Below, piece by piece: positions 10,902 to 19,983 of a DNA stretch of 64,000 nucleotides; position 1 is the first letter of the stretch; every line of letters starts with the position of its first letter. The DNA is taken from positions 35,909 through 99,908 of the forward strand of contig CAWEHG010000034.1 in assembly GCA_963808715.1 (NCBI GenBank), read 5' to 3'. The DNA comes from Ignavibacteriota bacterium (GTDB lineage Bacteria > Bacteroidota > Ignavibacteria > UBA10030 > UBA6906). The position numbers and the translations under genes are program-made. A model generated the notes under the pieces. That model was not told the origin of the DNA. It saw nothing but the letters and a program-made list of their open reading frames with translations, and made no database searches.

Positions 10902-12144
10902 ATGGCCACCCTCCGCCCCTTCAAAGGATTCCGTCCCGTCCCGTCCCTTGCCGCACAGGTCGCGGCCAAACCGTACGACGTGCTGAACTCCGACGAGGCC
11001 CGCGCCGAAGTCTCGGGCAAGCCGCTCTCCTTTCTCCATGTGGGGAAACCGGAGATCGACCTCCCGCGCGACGTGGATCTGTACGATCCGCGCGTCTACC
11101 AGAAGGGAGCCGACAATCTCCGGAAGCTGATCGCCGACGGGGTGCTCCGCGAGGATCCCCGGCCCTGCCTGTATGTCTACGCGCAGACGATGGGAGGACA
11201 CACGCAGTATGGCATCGTCGGGTGCGCCTCGGTGTGCGGAGTATCTGAACGACACCATCAAGAAGCACGAGCTGACCCGCAAGGACAAGGAGGACGACCG
11301 GACCCGGCACGTGGAGGTCACCAACGCCCATTCCGGCCCGATCTTCCTGACCTACCGCGCCCGGCCGGAGCTGGACAGGATCGTCGCGAGCGTCACCGCC
11401 TCTTCACCCGTGAACGATTTCACCGCGGAGGACGGGATCGGCCACCGGCTCTGGGTGATCAGCGACCCCGCCACCATCAGTGAGGTCTCATCGGAGTTCG
11501 CGAAGATCGATCTGCTCTACGTGGCCGATGGGCATCACCGCTCGGCCGCGGCGGCCAGGGTCGGCAAGGCGCGGGCCGACAAGAATCCCGGGCACCGTGG
11601 GGACGAAGAATACAACTTCTTCCTCGCGGTCCTCTTCCCGCACAACCAGCTGCGGATCATGGACTACAACCGCGTGGTGAAGGACCTGAACGGCCGGACC
11701 CCCGAGCAGTTCCTCGAAGCGGTTCGGAAGCAGTTCGACGTGCGGGAACATACGGGGCAGGCTCGTCCCGGGAAGAAGGGGGAGGTCGGACTCTATCTTC
11801 GGGGGCGGTGGTTCATGATGAATGCGTTTCCGGAGCTGCTTGCCGCGGCCGATCCGGTGGAGCGGCTGGACGTCTCGATCCTTCAGCGGCACCTGTTGAC
11901 GCCGGTGCTCGGGATCGACGATCCGCGGACCAGCAAGAGGATCGATTTCGTGGGGGGGATCAGGGGATTGCAGGAACTGGAGAAGCGGGTGGATTCCGGC
12001 GAGATGGCGGCGGCGTTCGCGATGTATCCGACCTCCATCGAAGAACTGCTGGCGATCGCCGACGCGGGGAAGATCATGCCTCCCAAGTCGACCTGGTTCG
12101 AACCGAAGCTGCGGGACGGGATGGTGGTGCACTTCCTGGATTGA
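10902..12144 (+). CDS. DUF1015 family protein, with an apparent frameshift near 11235
   Basis: GIVGCASV then (after the shift) YLNDTIKKHELTRKDKEDDRTRHV...GPIFLTY...LYVADGHHR are conserved DUF1015 blocks. Two overlapping ORFs (10902..11483 and 11173..12144) together cover one protein. Confidence 0.65.
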
Positions 12145-12147
12145 GCC

Positions 12148-12798
12148 TCAGAGCTCCTTGATCAGCTTCACCACCTTCCAGACGAAGTTCACGTCCTTGC
12201 GCCTGACCGTGACCGGTTCGTAATCCGGATTCAGCGGGATCAGGTGCACGTACGTCCCCTCGAATTTCACCTTCTTCAGGGTGTCCTCCCCTTCCACGCG
12301 TACCACGCAGATGTCGCCGTTGCGCGCCTCCGCCTGGGGACTGACGATCACCACGTCGCCGTCCTCGATGCGCGGCGACATGCTGTTCCCCTTCACACGC
12401 AGCGCGAAGGCGCCGGGATCCCGGACGTCGTCCACCGTGACGTAGTCGTCCACGTGGTCGGGGTGGAACATCGTCGCCACCTTGCCGGCGGGGACCGCCG
12501 AGATCAGCGGGAGCTCCACCAACCGGTTCTTCTTCCGCACCGTCATCGGAAGGGAGTAGACGTTTTCCGGTCGGGACGGAAGCGGGTACATCTCTCCTTC
12601 TCCTGTGAGCAGCCAGGTCGGCTGGACGCCGGTCGCGCGCGCGATCTTGGTGATCGAGACACCGTCCGGCACCTGCTCCCCCTTTTCCCAGCGCTGCAAC
12701 GTCCGCGTCACCACACCGGCCTTGTCGGCCAGCGTGGACTGGTCCAGCTCCTTGTTGTCCCGCGCCGCGCGTATGCGGTCACCGATGGTGGTCTTCAT
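12148..12798 (-). CDS. LexA-like / CI-like transcriptional repressor (HTH_XRE N-terminus + S24 peptidase C-terminus)
   Basis: An N-terminal helix-turn-helix (LADKAGVVTRTLQRWEKGEQ), then a C-terminal S24 autoprotease with GNSMSP (Ser) and ...LKKV (Lys). Confidence 0.75.
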   Translation of the reverse strand: MKTTIGDRIRAARDNKELDQSTLADKAGVVTRTLQRWEKGEQVPDGVSITKIARATGVQPTWLLTGEGEMYPLPSRPENVYSLPMTVRKKNRLVELPLISAVPAGKVATMFHPDHVDDYVTVDDVRDPGAFALRVKGNSMSPRIEDGDVVIVSPQAEARNGDICVVRVEGEDTLKKVKFEGTYVHLIPLNPDYEPVTVRRKDVNFVWKVVKLIKEL

Positions 12799-12874
12799 GT
12801 CTGCGTACCCGCGAGTGAACGATCCGCCGGCGGTCCGCCCGCCGGGCCGGTCGACAATTTTGGCGCCCGGGGAC

Positions 12875-12928
12875 TTGACAGAGCGACAAAAATGTCATAT
12901 CTTAACGTCGTGAATATAACGATTCACG
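12875..12928 (+). promoter_or_regulatory. Sigma70-like promoter (TTGACA-17-TATCTT) plus a perfect palindrome CGTGAAT-N6-ATTCACG (12909-12928); candidate operator of the adjacent S24 repressor
   Basis: The -35/-10 hexamers are read directly. The inverted repeat lies immediately downstream of the -10, between the divergent repressor and DUF72 genes. The GAGGAGG RBS is at 12951. Confidence 0.4.
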
Positions 12929-12962
12929 GTCTGGATGTCAAGTCTTTCTTGAGGAGGTCCTG

Positions 12963-13874
12963 ATGGAACGACGGAGAGTGGAGGTGCTGGTGGGGATCGG
13001 CGGTTGGGAGCACGAGGTGCTGGACCGATGCCTGTACGGCGCGCATGGGTGGGACGCCGCGAAGAAGCTGCGCGCATACGCGCGCTCGTTCCGCACGGTG
13101 GAGGTGAGGCCCACGTTCTGGGACGATGCGTTGTCGGGCGCCGACGCGCGACAGTGGGTCGAGGCGGTCAGCGGTGAGAAGGGCTTCCTCTTCCAGGTCA
13201 AGCTCCATTCGTCCTTCACGCATCAGAAGCAGATCCGGCCGGCTCTGGCGCGCAGCACCAGGGAGATCCTGCAGGTCCTTGCCGGGGCCAACCGGCTCGG
13301 AGGGCTGTTGATGCAGTTCCCGTACGCCTTCACGAACGTCGGGGCACACCGCTCGCATCTCCAGCGGCTCGCGGAGGAATTCCGCGAGTTCCCCTCTTTC
13401 GTCGAACTGCGCCACGATTCATGGAACCAGCCGGGTCTGAGCGGCTCCCTCGCCCGGACCGGATTGAGGATCGTCCAGTCGGACATGCCGCGCCTGCGCC
13501 AGTTCATGCCGTTCACCACCGGCATCGTCGGCGAGACCGCTTACCTTCGACTGCACGGGCGCAACGAACGGGGCTGGCTTCAGAATGGGATGGACGCGCG
13601 TTACGACTATCTCTACAACGGGCGTGAGCTGAGGGAGATCTCGAGGAGGATCGAAGCGATGATCCCGCGATGCTCCCGGGTCATCATCATCTGCAACAAC
13701 ACGACGAATGGCAAGGCTGTTGCCAATGCCTTCCAGCTCACGTCCGCGGCCCTGGACCGCAAGGTCCAGATCCCTCTGCCGTCGCTGAAAGAATTCCCCC
13801 AACTCGCCGAGGTTGCACTCGGTCAGGAGGGTCACCCCCTCTTCGTCGAGGGGGATTACCGGCAAGCAATGTAA
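12963..13874 (+). CDS. DUF72 (YecE-like) family protein
   Basis: Full-length similarity to the DUF72/UPF0759 pattern (EVLVGIGGWEH...FRTVEVRPTFW...). Confidence 0.75.
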   Translation: MERRRVEVLVGIGGWEHEVLDRCLYGAHGWDAAKKLRAYARSFRTVEVRPTFWDDALSGADARQWVEAVSGEKGFLFQVKLHSSFTHQKQIRPALARSTREILQVLAGANRLGGLLMQFPYAFTNVGAHRSHLQRLAEEFREFPSFVELRHDSWNQPGLSGSLARTGLRIVQSDMPRLRQFMPFTTGIVGETAYLRLHGRNERGWLQNGMDARYDYLYNGRELREISRRIEAMIPRCSRVIIICNNTTNGKAVANAFQLTSAALDRKVQIPLPSLKEFPQLAEVALGQEGHPLFVEGDYRQAM

Positions 13875-13879
13875 GACCG

Positions 13880-15224
13880 CTATCTCGCGGGGCCGCCGGA
13901 CCTTGGGCCGCCACCCGACCTCGGGCCACCGGACCTCGGGCCACCGGACCTTGGGCCACCGGACCTCGGGCCACCGGACCTCGGGCCACCGGACCTGGCC
14001 CGCCGGACCTCGGGCCACCGGACCTCGGCCCACCGGACCTCGGGCCACCGGGCCTCGGCCCACCGAACCTCGGGCCACCGTCCTCGGCCCCGGCCTGGAG
14101 CCACCATGGGGTCCGCTGCGGCCCGGACCACCGCTGCCACCCGGCCTGAATCCACCAGGTCCCCGCGAATCCTGTCCGCCCGGCCCGCCGCGACGCGGGC
14201 CACCGAATTTCGATCCGCCCCCTCCTGGACCCCTGTAGCCCGGGCCACTTCGGCCAGCGCCACCGAATTTCGAGCCTCCAAACTTCGAGCCCCCGAACTT
14301 CGGGCCTCCGTATTTCGGACCTCCGGCCCTGGGCCGGTCTTGACCCGGGCCTGCCGGTCTTGGCCTGTCGAATCTTCCCCCTCCGGACGCAGGCCGGCCG
14401 TGCTCCTGACCTTCCGGCCTCGGCTTGTCGAACCGGGGCCCTCCGGGCCGAGACCTCCGGCTGGGACCTCCGGGCCTTGGACCTCCGGGCCTTGGCCTTA
14501 CCGTAGCCAGGTCCGCCGCGGCCGGATCCACCGAACTTCCTCTCCCCGGGTCCCGATCCTCCAGGACGCCCCCCTTCACCACCCTGGCCGCCAAACTTCG
14601 GAGCGCCCGGCTTGAATCCACCGCTTCTGTATCGGACCGGCCGTTGACCCCCTGCATCTGAACCTCCGGTTTCCCTCGGTCTGGCCCCTCGGGTCTTGAC
14701 CCTTCGTGCTCTTCCTTCTTCTCAGGACGCGGAAGGATCTCCGCGACCGAATTGACGAAGGAACCAAGCAGCGCATAATCCTCCGCACGGCGCACAAAAC
14801 CGGCCTTCACCGCCAGCATGAAGAGAGCCCTTGCGGCGTCGATCGTCCCCTCCTCCTTCCGAAGGACCCGCTCCTGGTACTTCTTCGACCAGAGCGTGTG
14901 TTCCCGTGAAGCCTCATAGACCGTACCCGATGCCGAGCGGAACGCCTGGAGAAAGACCTTGAAATCCGCCTCATCGGTCTTCCCTCGCACGATCATCCCG
15001 AGCCGGTCGGGGAGGAAGCAGTAGGCATACACGTCGAACTGGTGCGTCTGCGCCGCATCCCGCAGGGCGCCAAGCACCCCGAAAACGATCTCCCCTTCCG
15101 CGAACGCCGCACGCTCGCCGTACGTCGGGAGCGTGACCAGATACCTGTGCGTCCCGCGGTAGTCGAACCGTTCGCGGTCCGGGTCCGGGGTCTTCTCCAG
15201 ATGCATCTCGTCGATAGTGGTCAC
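13880..15224 (-). CDS. IS200/RAYT-like Y1 'transposase' fold domain with a degenerate HuH motif, fused to a roughly 280-aa Gly/Arg/Pro-rich low-complexity tail (FGG/RGG-like, SGGPR repeats). The 3' end is uncertain.
   Basis: The N-terminus HRYLVTLPTYGERAAF...VYAYCFLPDRLGMIV...TLWSKKYQERVLRKEE...LAVKAGFV matches the COG1943 blocks, but HxH is replaced by RLG. The tail reads GGPKFGGSKFGGSKFGG...RGPGGFRPGGSGGPG. The SGGPR frame ends with a stop at 13880; the listed ORF runs on to 13419 only because of a frame slip inside the repeats. Confidence 0.5.
13891..14090. repeat. Tandem array of a 15-bp unit (ccggacctcgggcca, about 13 copies). Degenerate related repeats continue to about 14700.
   Basis: Directly visible. 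All three frames stay open on both strands. On the minus strand the frames read RGPVA / VRWPE / SGGPR. Confidence 0.85.
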
Positions 15225-15271
15225 AATGCTCCCGTGTCTGTCTGATACCGTTGTTTCGTTCGTTGCCCTGA

Positions 15272-16060
15272 CTAGAACAATCCGCGGACCTGCCCGCCGT
15301 CGACCCCGAAGGTCGCTCCGCTGACGTAGCTCGCCCGTTCCGATGCGAGGAAGGCGATGACGTCCGCCAGCTCCTCAGGGCGACCGAGCCGGCCCGCCGG
15401 GATCTCCTTCGCCTGTTCCTGAAGGTACTGCTCGAACGACAGTCCCTTGCCTGCGGCCCGCGTCCGCGCCAGTTCCTCCTGACGCGCGGTGAGGAAGTGC
15501 CCCGGCGCGACGTTGTTCACCAGTATCCCCTCGTGGGCGTACTGGTTCGAGAGGATCTTCGCCAGCCCGAGCACGCCGGGCCGTACGGAGGAAGAGATGA
15601 TCAGATCGTTCATTGGCTGTTTCACCGTCAGGGAGGTGATGTTGATGATCCGCCCCCAGCGGCGTTTCTGCATATGGGGCAGGACCGCGCGGATGCACCG
15701 GACGGTGCTGAGGAAGTTCCTCTCGAACCCGGCCTGCCAGTCTGCGTCCGTAAGCGCCGGGAAGGTCCCCGTCGGCGGCCCGCCGGCGTTGGTCACGAGC
15801 ACGTCGATGCGGCCGAACTCCTTCACCGCCTTTGCGACGAAGCGGGTGATGTCCCGCGGCTTCGTCAGGTCGGCTGCGATCGCAACGACACGCCCGTTGC
15901 CGGTCCCGATCTCCTTCGCTGCAGCGGCGATCTTCTTCCGGTCGCGTGAACAGATGACCACGTGAGCCCCTTCACGGGCGAGGGCGGCGGCCGCCGCCTT
16001 GCCCAGACCCTGACTGGCCGCGCAGACCAGTGCCACGCGGCCCCGTAATCCCAGATCCAT
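15272..16060 (-). CDS. SDR family oxidoreductase (3-oxoacyl-ACP reductase-like)
   Basis: GRVALVCAASQGLG (TGxxxGxG-like), NAG, and a catalytic region S...Y...K (YAHEG...). Confidence 0.75.
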   Translation of the reverse strand: MDLGLRGRVALVCAASQGLGKAAAAALAREGAHVVICSRDRKKIAAAAKEIGTGNGRVVAIAADLTKPRDITRFVAKAVKEFGRIDVLVTNAGGPPTGTFPALTDADWQAGFERNFLSTVRCIRAVLPHMQKRRWGRIINITSLTVKQPMNDLIISSSVRPGVLGLAKILSNQYAHEGILVNNVAPGHFLTARQEELARTRAAGKGLSFEQYLQEQAKEIPAGRLGRPEELADVIAFLASERASYVSGATFGVDGGQVRGLF

Positions 16061-16101
16061 TGTTTGAGTCCTTTTGGTGAGAATCGTCCGGTTCCGCCGG
16101 C

Positions 16102-16683
16102 CTACCGGCCGTGGATCATCGCCTGGATCCCGGTCCGGATCATCATCACGGCGATCCCGGTGAGGAACAGCGCAACCACCTTGGCCACAGCACGCGCGCC
16201 TGCCACGCCGAGCACCCGGGAGACCACCTCGGCGCGGGAAAAGACCAGCCACACGATCACCAGGTTCGTCAGGAGCGAGGCCACCGCCAGCACATAGCCG
16301 TAGGCGTTCACCACCACGATGATCGTCGTGAGTGCGGCCGGCCCCATGATCAACGGAATGCCGATGGGCACCACCCCGACCGTCGCATCGGGCCTCCGCT
16401 CAACGTCGCCCGAGAAGAGCAGGTCGTGCACGGCCAGCACCAGGAGCACCACTCCGCCGCCGACGCGGAAGTCGTCCTCGGTGATACCGAGGAAGGCGAA
16501 CAGCATCTTTCCTGCGACCAGGAAGGCCAGCGACACGATGAACGCCGTGACGGTGGCCTGGACGATGAGGCGCCTGCGTTCCGCCGGCGCCATTCCCTCG
16601 GTGAGTCCGACGAACAGCGGGAGGACCCCCAGGGCATCGATGGCGACGAACAGCGGAATGAAGGCAAGAAGGAAGGATTCCAT
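16102..16683 (-). CDS. MarC family (UPF0056) integral membrane protein
   Basis: A six-TM hydrophobic profile and the MarC N-terminal motif (FIPLFVAIDALG). Confidence 0.7.
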   Translation of the reverse strand: MESFLLAFIPLFVAIDALGVLPLFVGLTEGMAPAERRRLIVQATVTAFIVSLAFLVAGKMLFAFLGITEDDFRVGGGVVLLVLAVHDLLFSGDVERRPDATVGVVPIGIPLIMGPAALTTIIVVVNAYGYVLAVASLLTNLVIVWLVFSRAEVVSRVLGVAGARAVAKVVALFLTGIAVMMIRTGIQAMIHGR

Positions 16684-16705
16684 GGAGGATTCCCCGCCTG
16701 CCGCG

Positions 16706-16969
16706 TTACAGTTCGATCCCCCGCCCCTTCAGGAAGACGCGGATCCGGGCAACCGCATCCGCTTCGCTGATCTGCAGCCGTGCCCGGGCGGTGGTGACGG
16801 CGACCTCCAGCGGGTCGCGCCGGTCCCTCAGAGCCAGGTAGACGTTGTAACCGAGCCGGTCCAGGTCATGGGGATCGGTCGTGGGGATTCCTGCGACAGC
16901 CGCATAGGCGGTCTGTTCCAGGGTGTTCTCGCCCGCAGGCTTGACGGTGGACGGGGTTTTGGTGGTCAT
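16706..16969 (-). CDS. Small hypothetical protein (87 aa)
   Basis: An ORF in operon-like position between the Omp85-patatin and marC genes. No recognised motif. Confidence 0.3.
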   Translation of the reverse strand: MTTKTPSTVKPAGENTLEQTAYAAVAGIPTTDPHDLDRLGYNVYLALRDRRDPLEVAVTTARARLQISEADAVARIRVFLKGRGIEL

Positions 16970-17031
16970 GGGATATCCGGGTGTGTCGTGTCTGTAATAT
17001 ACCGAATCGGCGGACGAGTTGCTTCCGCGGG

Positions 17032-19798
17032 CTACAGCACATAGCCGAACATGAAATAGAGCAACAGCGGTCCTTCCTGCAGCGGATTGTTCGGGAGATC
17101 ACGGCCGAAGTAGAATCCCTTTCCGACGCTGAACACCGCGGGGCCGATGGGCGTATCGAGGGCCAATTCCAGGCCGAGACCGTAGCGGACCGTCTCGAAC
17201 TTGATCTCTCCCGGATCGGTGGACATGGACGCCATGTCGAACCGACCGCGCAGGTACGAGTCGACCAGGATCCTGAACGGGAGCAGATACCGGAACTCCA
17301 GGTTCAACTGCAGGAGCTGACGGCCGCGACGGTCGTCCTCGCGCACGCCGAACATGGATTCCTGCCCGCCCAGGCGGAACTCTTCGCTGAACGGCATCGA
17401 CTGGTCGGCATAGCCGAGGGTCACCCGGGGCCGCACCGTGAAGCGTCCCACCGTCGCGTAGCGCTCCCAGACCAGGTGCAGGGAGCTGTACGCCACCTGG
17501 CTGCCGAACGTCTTCGAAGCCGTCTCGTAGCTCAGCGTCAGGCCGATCCCGGAGGTCGGGAACGGGTACCGGTCCTTCGAATCGATGATCGTGCCGAACC
17601 GAAGCTTTCCGATCCGGGTCCGTTCTTCGAGCTGCGGGACACCGCCAAGATCCTCGGTGCGCACGTCCTGCAGCACATACTCGGCCGTCAGGTTCCCGAA
17701 CCGCTCCAGTTGCAGGCCGAACGCCACGATCCCGCCGTACCGCGTGTCCCGGTATTCCCCCACGTTCACCCGGTCCCATTGATTGAGCCCGGGAGGGGGA
17801 GCGTCCTCGTAGAGATAACTGTCGAGCGAGCTGGCGAAGGCTGCGGCCCTGAATGTCAGATGGGTTGCGAAGAGCCGGTAGGCCTTGTACTCCAGCAGCG
17901 CGCCGGCGGAGCGCTGCCCGCCGTATCCCGTGAAGCCGAGCTCCGTACCTCCGCCGCCGAGGCTGATGTCGCGGATGTCGACCTGTCCCTGCACGTGGCG
18001 TTCATTGTCGCCCCGGACCCCGAGCCGGATCAGTTGCGAGGGACGTTCTTTCAGCCGGATGACCAGGTGGTTCTCCCTGCCGGCATAGGCCACCTCGAGG
18101 TACATCTGGTCGAAGAGAGCGCCGCTGTTGATGTTGCGGAACCCGCTCCGGGCCTTCGAGATCTCGAACACTTCGCCCGGTTGCAGCGGGAAGTCCGAGA
18201 GGACGAACTCTTCTGACGCGCGAACCGTCCCCAGCACGCGGATCGAGGAGATCACCCCCTCGTTCAGTTTCCAGTGGAGGATCCCCGAGGCCGGATCGAA
18301 GGTGGCCGTATCGATCCGCGCCAGGGAGTACCCCCGCGACCGATACAGCCGGAGGATGTCGTCTCTCCCTTTCTGGACGCAAAGGTGGTTCAACGGCCTC
18401 CCCACGGCGCACCTGGTGAACGACAGCAGTTCCTCGGCACGGACCTTGACGCATCCCTCGATCGCCACCCCTCTGACCGGAGGGTTCCAGGTGGTGTTGA
18501 ACGTCACCGTGCTGCGCGTGCTGTCGGTGGAGATCTCGGCCCGGACGGACGCGTAGTCCCCGTTTCGTAGAGCAGGTTCACGTGATCCTGCACGTCCACC
18601 AGTCTCACGCCGGTCGCCAGGGTGTCGGCCAGGATGTGGCGCCAGAGAGTGTCGGGGATCGGATCTCCCGTCCGGGCAAACAACGGATGGGGCAACACCA
18701 TGCGGGCACTGTCGCCCGCCATTTCGAGCTTCTCCCGTGCGTAGATCGTCAGGATGTTCCTCACGACCGCGGCTGCCGCCTCCTCTCCCCGCAGGATGAG
18801 CGAGTCCAATCCGCCGAAGTCCGAAGAGAGGTGCCTGCCGATATCGGGGGTAACGACCATGTCGGCCCGGGCGAGCTGGAGAGCGTTGGCGGGTCCCATC
18901 ATGATGCCCATGATCTGGTCCGCCGTCTCCCACGGTGCCTTCATCTCCCCGGCGGAGCGCAGGCCGCTGGCGGAGTTCACCGCGATCACGATGTCGCAGC
19001 CGAAGGTCCCGGGCCACATCCACCGGGATGTTGCTGAGGAGTCCACCGTCGACAAGCCTCAGGCTGTCTCGCTCGACCGGGTCGAAGAGGAGCGGGACCG
19101 TTGCGCTCGCCCTGAGCGCCTCGGCCAGCGAACCGCTCTTCAGGATCACCCGGCTGGCCCGACACGAGGTCCGTCGTCATCGCGCGAAACGGGATCCGCA
19201 ACTCGTCGAACGTGGGAAAGGGGTGGTAGATCGCCTGGAGGGTGAGATTGCTCAGGTATTCCGTCAGCCGCTGTCCCGACGACACCGCGGAAGGGAGCAC
19301 CGGCTCGAGGCCTTCGAAGCGAAGGACGAGGAATCCTTTCTGCACCGCCAGCTTCTGGTCGAGGTACAGGTCCGTCCGTTTCGTTTCATCCGCCAGCGAA
19401 AGCACTTCGTCCCAGTCGGTGTGGACGCAGATGCTCTCGAGTTCCGTGGTCGTATACCCGGAGGCGTACAGCCCGCCGATGATCGACCCGATACTCGTCG
19501 CGGCGATGAAGTCGATGGGAACGCCGCTCCGTTCCAGTTCCCTGATCACCCCCACCTGGGCCACGCCCCGCGCACCTCCGCCGCTGAGGACCAGGCCGAC
19601 CCGGGGCCGCCGGATGTGCCGGTGACCGGCGGGGACAGAGACCGCGGCATGTGTGGTGTCCAATACCGGGGTGACCACCCACGTTTCTGCGCCGTGGCGG
19701 GGAGCCAGGCGCAGAGGAGCAACAGCGCCACGCCGGCGGCCGACGCGCCGGAAACTCACCGGGAGCCCCCTGGAGGGGAGGATGGGGGTGCAGTGCAT
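17032..19798 (-). CDS. Patatin-like phospholipase fused to POTRA + Omp85/BamA-type beta-barrel (PlpD-like), with apparent frameshifts near 18500-18560 and 19000-19050; the 5' end is uncertain
   Basis: The patatin [17 protein letters not shown] (GxSxG) and DGG-region are split across three ORFs/frames. The C-terminal 480 aa have surface-antigen D15 barrel features and end in an aromatic terminal (FGYVL). A probable signal peptide ([14 protein letters not shown]) sits in a third frame near 19690. Confidence 0.65.
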
Positions 19799-19875
19799 GT
19801 GGTTTCGCAGGTCAGGTCAGAACATAGTGTAGAGTTTTTGGGAGGGAAAATCAAGAAACGCGGAAGACGGCAGGC

Positions 19876-19983
19876 CTATCGCGGAACGTCGGTGCTGAGT
19901 CTGAAGCGCAGGATCTGCCCCTGTGCGCCGTCGAGCACATAGAGGACCTTGTCGGCGTAGGCCAGTCCCGTCGGCCGGCGCAT
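19876..19983 (-). pseudogene. Remnant of an NHL-repeat protein C-terminus (about 36 codons) inside a 620-bp non-coding gap
   Basis: Translation MRRPTGLAYADKVLYVLDGAQGQILRFRLSTDVPR* aligns with the C-terminus of the NHL lipoprotein at 30143..31249 (YGVAYFDKTVYVADRGNNRILRFKLSTDR*), about 17/27 identical. An in-frame stop lies just upstream. Confidence 0.3.

Noticed and set aside
13419-13879. The 3' part of the minus-strand ORF 13419..15224, overlapping the DUF72 gene
   Set aside because: The translation here (REIAVLHCLPVIPLDEEG...) is antisense noise. The ORF reaches it only through a frame slip inside the 15-bp repeats, and the SGGPR frame terminates at 13880.
13891-14090. Possible CRISPR array
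   Set aside because: Contiguous 15-bp units with no spacers, lying inside a coding tail. It is a protein-coding tandem repeat, not CRISPR.
12148-15224. Prophage or integrated element carrying the CI-like repressor and the Y1 'transposase'
   Set aside because: No integrase, terminase, structural genes, tRNA attachment site or flanking direct/inverted repeats. The Y1 domain has a destroyed HuH motif and no IS ends.
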